A stretch of 64,000 bases of DNA from assembly GCA_947084945.1 (NCBI GenBank), contig CAMTUP010000011.1, positions 22,945-86,944 on the forward strand, written 5' to 3'. The DNA is from an uncultured Ignavibacteria bacterium. GTDB taxonomy: Bacteria; Bacteroidota; Ignavibacteria; Tepidaquicellales; OLB5. Of the stretch, positions 1 to 10,170 are shown in pieces. Under the pieces are notes generated by a model. It had not been told where the DNA came from and made no database searches. It saw nothing but the letters and a program-made list of their open reading frames with translations. The position numbers were made by a program, and so were the translations under genes. Position 1 is the first letter of the stretch, and the number at the start of each line of letters is the position of its first letter.

Positions 1-114
1 GATATGGAGTGGCTGGTTATCAGCAATACACACCAGAAAAATTTTAAAGATGTGATAAGAAAACTTTCAGAACTGAGTTATATAAGAAAGATAACAGAAA
101 CGTTCTGGGAATAA
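1..114 (+). CDS. 3' end of a gene truncated by the window edge (function unknown)
   Basis: Frame 1 is open from base 1 to TAA at 112-114: DMEWLVISNTHQKNFKDVIRKLSELSYIRKITETFWE. It converges on the next gene. Confidence 0.5.
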   Translation, partial: DMEWLVISNTHQKNFKDVIRKLSELSYIRKITETFWE

Positions 115-166
115 AATATATATAGCAGGCAAACCCTCAGATTCAGAAGAGAAAGATAATAGAAAT

Positions 167-988
167 TTACTTTAACAGGCTGTTTTCGGCAACGAGAGGA
201 GCAATTTCATCCTTTGTTAAAGTAATCTCAATGGGTCCAACCACATATGCAGCAATTTCATATGGATTGTAATAGAACGTTATGGTGCCATCTTTTGTTA
301 CCATAAAATTGTAATTGAATGCTATCTTATTTTCAAACAGATCGCCTTTATCTTGCAGGTTATCGCCCGGTTTAAGATTTTTCATTTTGCGGTAAGCAGC
401 ATCAATAAGCTCGTTTAGCTTCTTTTCAAACCCGGCAGTAAATAAATTACTTAGCGAAATTGTATCGCCTGTTTCCTTGCTGATATTTGTGTAATAAAAA
501 TATGTATTAGGGTGAGCGCCTCCCATAAAAGAAGAGTTTTCGGAAGAAAATGTCATTATCTTAGGTGTTTCGTTAGCCTGTTTAACCGATAGCTCAAGAT
601 ACCAAAACAGTGCTGTCTCAGGAAATTCCTTCCTGAAGGAAACATACTGCGTTAAAAAAGAATCAGCAGCTACATCCATACTTGGCAATGATTTATCACC
701 ATACGAAACACCACTGTTCACTATATTCATAATAAGCTTATTTACCTTATCTTTATTTTTCCCCGAAACCGCCTCTAAGTAATCAACTTTAAAATATGTA
801 CAGGTATCATTTTGTGTGCAATTCTTATAGGATTTCATGAACGACTTATCGGAAAATTTAATTACGCTCTCATCGGTAGTCTTTGTATCGGTAGTTGTTT
901 GCTTGATATCAGTTTTTGTGCTGTCAGACTTCTTTCCGCAGGATGAAAAAATAAAAACTGTTAGAAGGATAAATAAAATTGTTCTCAT
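167..988 (-). CDS. DUF3298/DUF4163 (RsiV/PdaC-like) lipoprotein
   Basis: Lipobox FSSC after a hydrophobic stretch; GGAHP motif; FYYNPYEIAAYVVGPIEI C-terminus typical of DUF3298. Confidence 0.8.
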   Translation of the reverse strand: MRTILFILLTVFIFSSCGKKSDSTKTDIKQTTTDTKTTDESVIKFSDKSFMKSYKNCTQNDTCTYFKVDYLEAVSGKNKDKVNKLIMNIVNSGVSYGDKSLPSMDVAADSFLTQYVSFRKEFPETALFWYLELSVKQANETPKIMTFSSENSSFMGGAHPNTYFYYTNISKETGDTISLSNLFTAGFEKKLNELIDAAYRKMKNLKPGDNLQDKGDLFENKIAFNYNFMVTKDGTITFYYNPYEIAAYVVGPIEITLTKDEIAPLVAENSLLK

Positions 989-1014
989 GATAGATATATT
1001 GGTTTTGTATTATA

Positions 1015-1022
1015 CAAATATA
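1015..1022 (-). promoter_or_regulatory. Bacteroidota/Chlorobi-type -7 promoter element (TATATTTG) for the DUF3298 gene
   Basis: Minus strand reads TATATTTG, matching TAnnTTTG, about 27 nt upstream of the ATG at 988. Confidence 0.5.
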
Positions 1023-1050
1023 ATAAATTTAAACGACATTAATTTTCAAT

Positions 1051-1734
1051 TCAGGTTTTAGCGGCGGAGCATATCCAGACCTTGCCGGCGGATGCTTTCT
1101 TAATGGCTGAAGCGCACTCAAGTATTGTTGCTCCGGTTGTGATGACATCATCAATTAAAATAATGTTTTTCCCGCGGATATCTTCAGAATGTTTTGGATT
1201 AACCATAAAGGCACCTTTTACGTTTTCTTTTCTTTCGGATTTACTGAGTTTTGTCTGCGTTTCGGTGAAGCGGGTGCGTATCAAACCATCATTAATTGTT
1301 TCTGCATTTAAGATTTGCAAGACACCTTTTGCTATAAATTCGCTTTGATTATAAGTTCTATCTCTATATCTGGCTTTATGTAACGGAACAGGGATTACAT
1401 AGTCAAAATGTTCATTTGATTGAGATGCAATAATCCTGCCAAGTTCATTTCCAAGCATAACACCAATACCCTTCATTTTGCTGTATTTCATTGCATGCAA
1501 AAGCGGCTGGATTGGCGTTCCCTCCCTGAACCAGAATGCACTAATTGAGTTATCTATCACTCCATCTGATATTCTATCTGTCTTCCATGGGTGCGTTTCG
1601 TGATATGGCTCAAGTTTTCCGTAACAATTTTGACACAAATATTTACTTTCTGCAGGGATAATAGTTTGGCAGGATATGCAGGAGTTCGGGAGAACGAAAT
1701 TTAATAGATTATTAAATATTTTTTGAATCATCAA
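1051..1734 (-). CDS. comF: ComF family amidophosphoribosyltransferase-like protein (ATG start probably 1731)
   Basis: N-terminal CxxC...CxxC zinc ribbon, PVPLH, R-x-YNQS and the PRPP-binding IILIDDVITTGAT. Confidence 0.9.
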   Translation of the reverse strand: MMIQKIFNNLLNFVLPNSCISCQTIIPAESKYLCQNCYGKLEPYHETHPWKTDRISDGVIDNSISAFWFREGTPIQPLLHAMKYSKMKGIGVMLGNELGRIIASQSNEHFDYVIPVPLHKARYRDRTYNQSEFIAKGVLQILNAETINDGLIRTRFTETQTKLSKSERKENVKGAFMVNPKHSEDIRGKNIILIDDVITTGATILECASAIKKASAGKVWICSAAKT

Positions 1735-1839
1735 TGTAAGATAACTTTTTGAATTTTAAATTTAAAGTAAAAATTATAAATTCTTATTTACTCTAAAAAC
1801 CACTTAGGCTGATCTGAGTAGGAAGATTTCATCTAAAAA

Positions 1840-2484
1840 ATGGCAAAAACACCATCTATAAGAACCCAAAGCATAATTGAGTACGATAATATTATTAGGC
1901 GTGAAGCAAAAGGTTTGCTTTGCGGAGTAGATGAAGCCGGCAGGGGTCCCATTGCGGGACCGGTTGTTGCAGCAGCCGTGATATTCAGCGATGATGTATA
2001 TATAGAAGGTGTGTTCGATTCCAAACAAGTTTCTAAAAAGCGCAGGGCAGAATTGTATGACGAAATCACCTCACAATCGCTTAGCTGGGGAGTTGGAATT
2101 ATTGAAAGCAGGCAGATAGATGAAATTAATATTCTGAATGCCACTAAAGAAGCGATGAATATGGCAATTTCAAGGCTTAGAGAAACTCCCGGAGTTATTA
2201 TAGCAGACGGGAATTTCTATTCTAATCCAATTTCCGAAGTAAGAAATGTGATAAAGGCGGATGAAAAAAGTTTTACCGTTGCCGCCGCATCAATTATAGC
2301 AAAGGTTACGCGGGATAGAATTATGTGTAACCACGAAAGAACATATCCTAACTTCTCATTTTCGGCTCATAAAGGATATGGCACAGCAAGCCATATTGAA
2401 GAAATTCTTGAGTTTGGTTATACCGATATTCACAGGAAGTCATTTAAACTGAAAGCTATTGAACAATTAACATTAAATTTATGA
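1840..2484 (+). CDS. rnhB: Ribonuclease HII
   Basis: GVDEAGRGPIAGPVVAAAV, DSK, DG, AAASIIAKVTRD, HKGYGT and HRKSF motifs. Confidence 0.97.
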   Translation: MAKTPSIRTQSIIEYDNIIRREAKGLLCGVDEAGRGPIAGPVVAAAVIFSDDVYIEGVFDSKQVSKKRRAELYDEITSQSLSWGVGIIESRQIDEINILNATKEAMNMAISRLRETPGVIIADGNFYSNPISEVRNVIKADEKSFTVAAASIIAKVTRDRIMCNHERTYPNFSFSAHKGYGTASHIEEILEFGYTDIHRKSFKLKAIEQLTLNL

Positions 2485-2702
2485 AAAACTACAAATTCAC
2501 AGTTGTTTTTGAAAGAGATGAAGACGGCAGGATATTGGCAATATGCCCATCTCTACAGGGATGCTACACAGAAGGAGATACAATTGAGGAAGCTGAAAAG
2601 CTTATCGGAGACGCTATGAGGCTTCATATTGAAGATAGGGTTGAAAATGGAGAATTAATTTATGAAGAAGTAATTTCCAAAGAGGTAAACGTAACAGCAT
2701 GA
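2481..2702 (+). CDS. hicB: HicB family antitoxin (short, no DNA-binding tail)
   Basis: YKFTVVFERDEDG...CPSLQGCYTEGDTIEEA...DA HicB core; ATGA overlap with the rnhB stop. Confidence 0.88.
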   Translation: MKNYKFTVVFERDEDGRILAICPSLQGCYTEGDTIEEAEKLIGDAMRLHIEDRVENGELIYEEVISKEVNVTA

Positions 2703-2923
2703 GCGAAAAACTTCCGGCATTAAGATCTACCGAACTAATTAAACTTGTTGAAAAGAAAGGATTCGTGAAGGTTAGGCAAAACGGAAGCCATGCTATATAC
2801 AAACATATTGATGGGAGAAGAACAACGATTCCGGTTCATTCGGGAAAAACAATTGGGCGAGGATTATTGAAACAAATAATGAAAGACTCAGATATTTCAG
2901 CAGATGAATTGAGAAACAGATAA
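2699..2923 (+). CDS. hicA: HicA family mRNA interferase toxin
   Basis: GF.KVRQNGSH catalytic His motif and TTIPVHSGKTIGRGLLKQI; ATGA overlap with hicB. Confidence 0.92.
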   Translation: MSEKLPALRSTELIKLVEKKGFVKVRQNGSHAIYKHIDGRRTTIPVHSGKTIGRGLLKQIMKDSDISADELRNR

Positions 2924-2927
2924 AACT

Positions 2928-3278
2928 ATGAGTCTTGGCAAAGATGGCGAAGCAATTGCGAAGAAGTACTTTGAATCATTGGACTATGAGTTTGTTGCTG
3001 AAAATTACAGGTATAGCCGCGCAGAAACCGACCTGATTTTTAAAGATGAAAGCAAAAAACTCCTGGTATTTATAGAAGTAAAGACAAGACGAACAAAAAC
3101 ATTCGGTGAACCCGAAGAATCAGTTACAGAAAAAAAACAGGAACAGATATTAAAATCAGCAGAAGGCTTTTTGATGACACACACAGAATATGATGATTAT
3201 GAAAAGCGGTTTGACGTAATGGCGATAATGATAGAAGACGGAAAAGAAAAGATAAATCATATTGAAAATGCTTTTTGA
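2928..3278 (+). CDS. yraN: YraN family (UPF0102) PD-(D/E)xK nuclease-like protein
   Basis: LGKDGE.IA, N(Y)R...E.DLI, LVFIEVKTR, RFDV and HIENAF motifs. Confidence 0.93.
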   Translation: MSLGKDGEAIAKKYFESLDYEFVAENYRYSRAETDLIFKDESKKLLVFIEVKTRRTKTFGEPEESVTEKKQEQILKSAEGFLMTHTEYDDYEKRFDVMAIMIEDGKEKINHIENAF

Positions 3279-3326
3279 ACGTCAAACGTGAGAAGAAAAA
3301 ACAAAAAGAGCTAACAAAGAACATAA

Positions 3327-4046
3327 ATGCTGGATAGAATAAATCTGAAAAATGTACTTGTGCTGGATATTGAAACAGTACCGCAGTATGCCACGTATGA
3401 CGAGGTTCCCGATATGTGGAAAGAGCTTTGGAAGAAAAAGATGCAGCGCGATATTAAAGAAGGCATAACGCCAGATGAACTTTACCATAGAGCGGGCATT
3501 TATGCTGAGTTTGGGAAAATAATCTGCATTTGCGCAGGATATTTTTTTGAAACAGGCGATGGATTGCAGTTTAAAGTAAAAGCATTCTACGGTGATGATG
3601 AAAAAAAGCTGCTGGCTGATTTCAGCGAGGCGGTCAATAAAGGCTTTGGTACTGATGAGCATTTGTTGTGTGGACACAATAGCAAGGAATTCGACTTCCC
3701 GTACATAGCCCGAAGATGCCTGATAAACGGGCTTCAGATACCATATCTGCTTGATAATGCAGGCAAAAAGCCGTGGGAAGTGCAACTTTTAGATACCATG
3801 GATATGTGGAAATTTGGCGATTATAAAAACTTTACATCATTAAATCTATTAGCTGCGCTGTTTGGAATTGAATCGCCCAAGGACGATATTGATGGCAGCC
3901 AGGTATGGAGTACATATTGGATTGATAAAGACCTTGAACGGATAAAAAATTACTGTATGAAGGATGTAGTTACCGATGCGCAGCTTTTGCTTAAGTTTAA
4001 AGGAATGGAATTACTGAAGCCCGAAAACATTAGTTTTACAAATTAA
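3327..4046 (+). CDS. Standalone PolB-type 3'-5' exonuclease (DEDDy)
   Basis: LDIETVP (ExoI), HNSKEFD (ExoII), YCMKDV (ExoIII), AEFGKIICI. Confidence 0.88.
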   Translation: MLDRINLKNVLVLDIETVPQYATYDEVPDMWKELWKKKMQRDIKEGITPDELYHRAGIYAEFGKIICICAGYFFETGDGLQFKVKAFYGDDEKKLLADFSEAVNKGFGTDEHLLCGHNSKEFDFPYIARRCLINGLQIPYLLDNAGKKPWEVQLLDTMDMWKFGDYKNFTSLNLLAALFGIESPKDDIDGSQVWSTYWIDKDLERIKNYCMKDVVTDAQLLLKFKGMELLKPENISFTN

Positions 4047-4081
4047 AATAAGTTAACAATCATTTTAAACAAAATTTATTA

Positions 4082-4106
4082 AGATTCCTGCTTGCGCAGG
4101 AAGGAC
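4082..4106. repeat. REP-like palindrome AGATTCCTGCTTGCGCAGGAAGGAC
   Basis: 23/25 identical to the copy at 17256-17280; internal stem TTCCTGC/GCAGGAA. Confidence 0.7.
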
Positions 4107-4124
4107 AATGCAAAGGATTATAAA

Positions 4125-6368
4125 ATGTTCGATCTGGATTTGATCAAAAAGATTTACGGTGGCTTTAAAACAAGAGTTGATGCTGCAAAGAAAATGCTGG
4201 GCAGACCAATGACATACGCCGAGAAGATTCTATATGCGCATTTATGGAGCGAAACAAAATCAGCATACACAGGCGGAAAAGATTTTGTAGAATTTTCGCC
4301 CGATAGAGTGGCAATGCAGGATGCAACTGCGCAAATGGCGCTCTTGCAATTCATGTCAGCGGGGATACCAACGGTTGCAGTACCTTCAACTGTTCACTGT
4401 GACCACTTAATACAGGCTGAAGTTGGTTCTGTAAAAGATCTATTAAGAGCCGAAGACGAGAACAGGGAAGTTTACGATTTTCTTGCAAGTGTTTCGAATA
4501 AATACGGAATTGGATTCTGGAAACCTGGAGCGGGAATTATTCACCAGGTTGTGCTTGAAAATTATGCATTCCCCGGGGGAATGATGATTGGAACGGATTC
4601 GCACACTCCAAATGCAGGCGGACTTGGTATGATAGCTATTGGCGTTGGCGGCGCGGATGCTGTTGATGTTATGGCAGGAATGCCTTGGGAACTGAGATTC
4701 CCAAAACTAATTGGCGTTAAACTAAAAGGAAAACTAAGCGGGTGGACATCACCAAAAGATGTGATACTAAAGGTCGCTGGAGTATTAACAGTAAAAGGCG
4801 GTACCGGCGCAATAGTTGAATATTTTGGTGAAGGGGCTGATACAATTTCGTGTACAGGTAAAGGTACTATTTGTAATATGGGCGCGGAAATAGGAGCAAC
4901 AACATCGCTCTTTGCTTACGATAAGAAAATGTATGACTACCTTGCAATTACAGAAAGAGAAGAAGTTGGTAAACTTGCAAACAAAATTTCCGATTACTTA
5001 AGACCCGATGAAGGCAGCGAAAAATATTATGACCAGGTTATTGAAATTAGTTTAAGCGAGTTAGAGCCGCATATTAACGGACCTTTTACCCCTGATCTTG
5101 CGTGGCCTATTTCTGTATTCAAGCAGGCTGTGATAGATAAAGAGTATCCCGAAGAACTTAAAGTAGCGTTAATAGGAAGTTGTACAAATTCATCATACGA
5201 AGATATGGATCGCTCTGCCTCGGTAGCTAAGCAGGCGATGGATATGGGTTTGAAGGTGAAATCAGAATTTACAATTACACCGGGCTCAGAACAGATCCGT
5301 GCAACAATTGAGCGCGATGGGCAGCTTGAAATTTTTGAGAAAGTTGGTGGACTTGTACTTGCAAATGCATGCGGTCCGTGTATTGGACAGTGGAAACGCC
5401 ACGATGTTAAAGAAGGCGAAAAAAATTCTATCTTAACTTCATATAACAGGAATTTTTCCAAACGCAATGATGGAAATCCCGCAACGAATGCTTTTGTAGC
5501 ATCTCCTGAAATTGTTACAGCATTAGCGTTTGCAGGTAAGCTTACCTTTAATCCGTTAACCGATACGCTAAAGAATGATAAAGGCGAAGATGTAAAACTT
5601 TCAGAACCCACAGGTGATGAACTTCCAAAGAAAGGATTTTTAAAAGGTGTTAATGGTTTTGTAGCTCCCGCTCGAGATGGCAGCAACGTAAGCGTAGAAA
5701 TTGATCCAAACAGTAAACGTCTGCAGAGATTATTCCCTTTCGTTCATCCTGATTTCGAAAAGGATTATAAGAATATGCGTTTACTGCTTAAAGCAAAAGG
5801 TAAGTGTACAACAGATCATATTTCAATGGCGGGTCCGTGGCTTAAATTTCGCGGTCACATTGATAACATTTCAAACAATATGTTTATTGGCGCATTGAAC
5901 TGGTTCAACGATAAAACCAATCACGTAAAAAACCTGCTTACCGGAAACTATGACGAAGTGCCAAATGTTGCCAGAGAGTATAAAGCAAAAGGTATCCCAT
6001 GGGTTGTGGTTGGCGAAGAAAATTACGGAGAGGGTTCATCACGCGAACATGCTGCAATGGAGCCTCGTCATTTAGGCGGCAAAGCTATTATTGTTAAATC
6101 ATTTGCAAGGATACATGAAACGAATTTAAAGAAACAGGGGATGCTGCCATTGACATTTGCAGAGCAGACCGATTATGATAAGATAATGGAAGACGACATG
6201 ATAAGCCTTGATGTAAAGGAGATTGCACCGGGGAGTACTGTAAAGATGACATTAAAGCACTCAGATGGTACAACTGATGAAATAACGCTTAATCACACTA
6301 TGAATAAACAGCAGATTGACTGGTTCAAGGTTGGCAGCGCGCTGAATTTAATGGCAAAAAAAACATAA
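4125..6368 (+). CDS. acnA: Aconitate hydratase, mitochondrial/Bacteroidota type (ORF track begins 4092; ATG 4125 preferred)
   Basis: [23 protein letters not shown], the 4Fe-4S ligands IGSCTNS and [22 protein letters not shown]. Confidence 0.97.
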   Translation: MFDLDLIKKIYGGFKTRVDAAKKMLGRPMTYAEKILYAHLWSETKSAYTGGKDFVEFSPDRVAMQDATAQMALLQFMSAGIPTVAVPSTVHCDHLIQAEVGSVKDLLRAEDENREVYDFLASVSNKYGIGFWKPGAGIIHQVVLENYAFPGGMMIGTDSHTPNAGGLGMIAIGVGGADAVDVMAGMPWELRFPKLIGVKLKGKLSGWTSPKDVILKVAGVLTVKGGTGAIVEYFGEGADTISCTGKGTICNMGAEIGATTSLFAYDKKMYDYLAITEREEVGKLANKISDYLRPDEGSEKYYDQVIEISLSELEPHINGPFTPDLAWPISVFKQAVIDKEYPEELKVALIGSCTNSSYEDMDRSASVAKQAMDMGLKVKSEFTITPGSEQIRATIERDGQLEIFEKVGGLVLANACGPCIGQWKRHDVKEGEKNSILTSYNRNFSKRNDGNPATNAFVASPEIVTALAFAGKLTFNPLTDTLKNDKGEDVKLSEPTGDELPKKGFLKGVNGFVAPARDGSNVSVEIDPNSKRLQRLFPFVHPDFEKDYKNMRLLLKAKGKCTTDHISMAGPWLKFRGHIDNISNNMFIGALNWFNDKTNHVKNLLTGNYDEVPNVAREYKAKGIPWVVVGEENYGEGSSREHAAMEPRHLGGKAIIVKSFARIHETNLKKQGMLPLTFAEQTDYDKIMEDDMISLDVKEIAPGSTVKMTLKHSDGTTDEITLNHTMNKQQIDWFKVGSALNLMAKKT

Positions 6369-6399
6369 AATGAACTTATAATAAATAATTAGTCGACAA

Positions 6400-7638
6400 A
6401 TGTCTTTGGAGTTAAATAATAATGGTTTAATAATCAACAAATTATTTGGGAATGAAGTTGAATTATTGCCTTCAGTAAATGAGCTTTTTGAAATAGAGTT
6501 AGCTTATTTAGAGTTTAAAAAATTACCTACAAAGACAATTTTGGATAGAGCCGCCTACATAAAATCAATTGATGGCAAACCATCTAATCATTTTCAATTG
6601 TATTCAAATAACCCTGAAACATTAATAGATGAAAGAAATTCACAGACAAAAGCATATTTTAAAAATGGGCAATATGCTACTGGATACGCGACACACGGAC
6701 TTTTTCCATATAGAGGCAAATTTCATCCCCAACTAATCAAAGCATTAATAAATATTATTGGATTAAATAGAGGAGATTTGCTTTTAGACCCAATGTGTGG
6801 CAGCGGTACCGCAAATATAGAAGCTTCTCTGATGGGTATAGATTCATGCGCAATTGACATAAGCCCCTTTTGTCAGTTTATGACAGAGGTGAAACATGAA
6901 GCGTTGACGGTGGATACAGAAATACTCAAATCAATAGAACACAAAGCTGAAAAACTATTTGAATTTTTTAATCGGAAGAATGCACTTGCCAGAATAGGTG
7001 AATTGGAAGATAGCAAAAGAAAAGTATATAGACTTGCATTACTAGCATTTCTTGATTCGTGGGGATATTCATTTAGGGTGGTTAAGAGTAATCATGAACA
7101 GTTGTTTCACAAAGTGCTTAAGAGATATATAGAAACTGTCTTGAATATTGCAAATAACCAGTATTTTGATAAAAGCAAAATTGGATTTGTTCGAATATTA
7201 CCAAGTTCAGAAGCTTTAAATATAAAACTTGAAGATAATTCGATAGACGGAGTAATTACTTCACCACCATATTCGTTTGCAATAGATTATGCAGAAAATG
7301 ATAGACCACAATTAGAATTTTTAGGTTATAATGTTAATGAATTGAAGTCAAAGATGATAGGGTTGAAAGGTAAAACAAAACAAGATAAATTGAATATATA
7401 TTTTGAGGATATGAACAACATTTGTTTAGAGATTTACAGAGTCCTAAAAAAAGGAAAGTTTTTTGTGATGATTATTGGCTCTAATACAAACCAAACTGGG
7501 GGAATTAGATTAGAAAAAAGTATAATTGATTCAGCAGAAAGCATTGGTATGAAATTAACGAAAAGCCTCTTAAAGCCAATTAAGGGCATGAGAAATACAA
7601 TGAAAGAAGAACATATATTATTTTTTCAAAAGATATGA
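6400..7638 (+). CDS. DNA amino-methyltransferase, alpha class, probably N4-cytosine
   Basis: THGLFPYRGKFHPQL, motif I DPMCGSGT preceding motif IV ITSPPY. Confidence 0.85.
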   Translation: MSLELNNNGLIINKLFGNEVELLPSVNELFEIELAYLEFKKLPTKTILDRAAYIKSIDGKPSNHFQLYSNNPETLIDERNSQTKAYFKNGQYATGYATHGLFPYRGKFHPQLIKALINIIGLNRGDLLLDPMCGSGTANIEASLMGIDSCAIDISPFCQFMTEVKHEALTVDTEILKSIEHKAEKLFEFFNRKNALARIGELEDSKRKVYRLALLAFLDSWGYSFRVVKSNHEQLFHKVLKRYIETVLNIANNQYFDKSKIGFVRILPSSEALNIKLEDNSIDGVITSPPYSFAIDYAENDRPQLEFLGYNVNELKSKMIGLKGKTKQDKLNIYFEDMNNICLEIYRVLKKGKFFVMIIGSNTNQTGGIRLEKSIIDSAESIGMKLTKSLLKPIKGMRNTMKEEHILFFQKI

Positions 7639-8609
7639 GAAACACAGAAGAAAAATTTAATACCGTAATTCAGAAAAATACGTACTTTTTTTTTGATTAT
7701 ACCTTCGAAGAAAGTTATGAAGGATATATTAACTCTATTAAAGAAACTTTATTGGTATTGAAAAATAGAGTTGAAACAGAAGGTTTAAAAAAGGAAATAT
7801 TTGAAGAATTATTATTACAAAAAGAAAATGGTTTAAGGGCAATTTTATCCTTAACAGGATTTTCTAATGAATATTTAAAAAGACTTACAACTCTTATTAG
7901 AGTTGTAAATGATCAAGAACTAAACGCTCTTGTTTTAAAAGATAACTGGAATATTGAAGAAAGCACAGAAAACATTAAGGAATGGTCAGATTCCACAATA
8001 ACGAGGCTTTTAATTAAAAACGAATTTTTTAGAAAAGGACTGGTTAATTTATTTTTTGAGGGTTCGTCTGTGCCATTCCTCTCAAAAACCATTCCTTTGT
8101 TCGAACTAAAAAAATTGAGCATTTCAAAGCTTAAATTCGAAGTTCCTGAAATGATTGATTCTCTTATTAGATATAAAGAGAAAGGGAGTTATTCCGGTAA
8201 AAGCGGAAACAACCCCGAGACATTAATTGCAGCTATATTAGATAAACTTAACTTACAGTACGAAAAAGGTGATTTGGGCGAGTTAATTACAAACGCACCA
8301 GATAATAAAAGGACGATGGACTTTATTATCCCTAATAAAAAAGAACCTCAAATAATCATTGAAAGTTCTTTTTTAGCCACTACTTCATCGGGTCAGGGTG
8401 ATAAATCCAAAACAGAAATATCTATTGATGCATTGTTAAAACAACACTATAAAAATGCTAAATTTATTGGTTTTGTTGATGGGATAGGCTGGTATGTCCG
8501 AAAAGGAGACTTAAAAAGAATGGTTAATGCCTATGATGAAGTTTATACTTTTCATGAAGATGAATTAATTAGGTTTGAAAACTTATTGAAGGAAACATTC
8601 CTGCAATGA
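7635..8609 (+). CDS. Putative type II restriction endonuclease (PD-(D/E)xK, DpnII-like C-terminus)
   Basis: RTMDFIIP...IIIESSF catalytic-like motif and FVDGIGW resembling the DpnII family; overlaps MTases on both sides by ATGA. Confidence 0.7.
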   Translation: MRNTEEKFNTVIQKNTYFFFDYTFEESYEGYINSIKETLLVLKNRVETEGLKKEIFEELLLQKENGLRAILSLTGFSNEYLKRLTTLIRVVNDQELNALVLKDNWNIEESTENIKEWSDSTITRLLIKNEFFRKGLVNLFFEGSSVPFLSKTIPLFELKKLSISKLKFEVPEMIDSLIRYKEKGSYSGKSGNNPETLIAAILDKLNLQYEKGDLGELITNAPDNKRTMDFIIPNKKEPQIIIESSFLATTSSGQGDKSKTEISIDALLKQHYKNAKFIGFVDGIGWYVRKGDLKRMVNAYDEVYTFHEDELIRFENLLKETFLQ

Positions 8610-9613
8610 TAGAAAAATTTATTAATAATATTAGCCAAGGGGATTGTTTAGATCTTTTAAAAAAAATCCCCGATGATTCTGTTCAAATGACGTTTGCTGA
8701 CCCGCCGTTTAATTTAGGAAAAAAATATAATAGTTATAAGGATACCTTGAAGCTTCAGGAATATTTGAATTGGTGTGAAATATGGATTTCCGAAATGGTT
8801 AGAGTTACAAAGCCTGAAGGTACTATTTTCCTACATAATATTCCTAAATGGTTAACTTTTTTTACAACTTATTTAAATAAATTTTCATACTTTAAACACT
8901 GGATTTCTTGGGACGCCCCCACTGCCCCCATGGGCAAGTCTTTGCAACCTTCTCACTATGGGATTTTATTCTACACAAAATCAGTTAAGGGCTCTAAAAT
9001 ATACGAAATAAGGCATCCCCATAAAAGAGATAGAAAAACGGGTTATTTGCTTAAGGATTACGGTGGCAAAAAAGAATTGCTACATCCATTTGGTCCTTTG
9101 GTTTCGGATGTATGGACAGATATTCACCGCATTAGACACTCTAAATTTAGAGATGAACACCCTTGTCAGCTACCCGTTCATCTTTTAGAAAGAATAATTC
9201 TTATGTCAACAGACGAAGGAGATATCGTTCTTGATCCGTTTATGGGAACTGGCACAACGGCGATTGCAGCTAAGAGACTTGGACGTAATTATATTGGATT
9301 AGAATTAGACGAAAACTATGTAACAATAGCTGAGGAAAAATTAAACAAGATTAGAAAAAAATCGAAAATAGGAAATTCTTATGTAAGCATTCATTTGAAA
9401 GACATTGTAACCATAAGAAATGTTGATTGGAAAGAGCTGAAAGGATTTTATCTGTTACCTAAATCTCCAAAAGATATTGATTTCTTTAGAATTCCATTAA
9501 AAGATAAATACCATATCAAAAATACAGTTGAAAACGATATCGAGGTAATCTCAACTCCGTTATTTCATATAGAAAATGTAAAGAAGCATAGACCAAAGTT
9601 AATAGCAAGTTAA
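8606..9613 (+). CDS. DNA amino-methyltransferase, beta class (N4C/N6A)
   Basis: GDCL, motif IV ADPPFN preceding HPCQLP and motif I VLDPFMGTGTT. Confidence 0.9.
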   Translation: MIEKFINNISQGDCLDLLKKIPDDSVQMTFADPPFNLGKKYNSYKDTLKLQEYLNWCEIWISEMVRVTKPEGTIFLHNIPKWLTFFTTYLNKFSYFKHWISWDAPTAPMGKSLQPSHYGILFYTKSVKGSKIYEIRHPHKRDRKTGYLLKDYGGKKELLHPFGPLVSDVWTDIHRIRHSKFRDEHPCQLPVHLLERIILMSTDEGDIVLDPFMGTGTTAIAAKRLGRNYIGLELDENYVTIAEEKLNKIRKKSKIGNSYVSIHLKDIVTIRNVDWKELKGFYLLPKSPKDIDFFRIPLKDKYHIKNTVENDIEVISTPLFHIENVKKHRPKLIAS

Positions 9614-9742
9614 ATCAATTAATTAAAAGATCAATCAACAATAAGCGGCGTTTGTTTATTCGTTGAATATATTGTTAAACTTTAAAAATAAATTAATAGA
9701 TTTCCGCCTACCGCAAAGGTAGGTAGCCGAAAATAACAAGAT

Positions 9743-10144
9743 ATGAACAATAAAATAACAATAGTTGTAATTGCAATTATAGCAATAGTTTTAATTTATA
9801 CATTCTTTTTAAGCGGACCCAAATCTACCACATCAGATGTTGACCCTTCGAAATTTGAGGAGCTTACCAAAGAAAAAGATGTTGTGATACTTGATGTAAG
9901 AAGCGGATTTGAGTTCGGAGGCGATAAAATCGCAGGCGCTCAGAATATCAGCTATACATCAAGCGGATTTAAGGGCTATATAGAAAAGCTTGATAAGAAT
10001 AAAACTTATCTTGTATATTGCGCATCGGGATCCAGAAGCGTTGGGGCGGTTAAAAACATGCAGGGCATGGGTTTTGATAAGGTATATAATCTTAAAGGCG
10101 GAATTGATAACTGGAAATCAGCGGGCAAGCCCACAGTTAGATAA
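9743..10144 (+). CDS. Rhodanese-like domain protein with N-terminal membrane anchor
   Basis: ILDVRS..EF, I.GA.NI, active loop YCASGSRS, NLKGGI..W. Confidence 0.92.
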   Translation: MNNKITIVVIAIIAIVLIYTFFLSGPKSTTSDVDPSKFEELTKEKDVVILDVRSGFEFGGDKIAGAQNISYTSSGFKGYIEKLDKNKTYLVYCASGSRSVGAVKNMQGMGFDKVYNLKGGIDNWKSAGKPTVR

Positions 10145-10170
10145 TCAGAAACTAAAAAGAAACCAAATCG

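Noticed and set aside
9706-9724. GCCTACC-GCAAA-GGTAGGT hairpin before the rhodanese gene
   Set aside because: Single short stem with no T-tract and no second copy in the window; function cannot be supported.
6369-9742. Mobile-element boundaries around the R-M cassette
   Set aside because: No direct or inverted terminal repeats, integrase or transposase were found at either junction.
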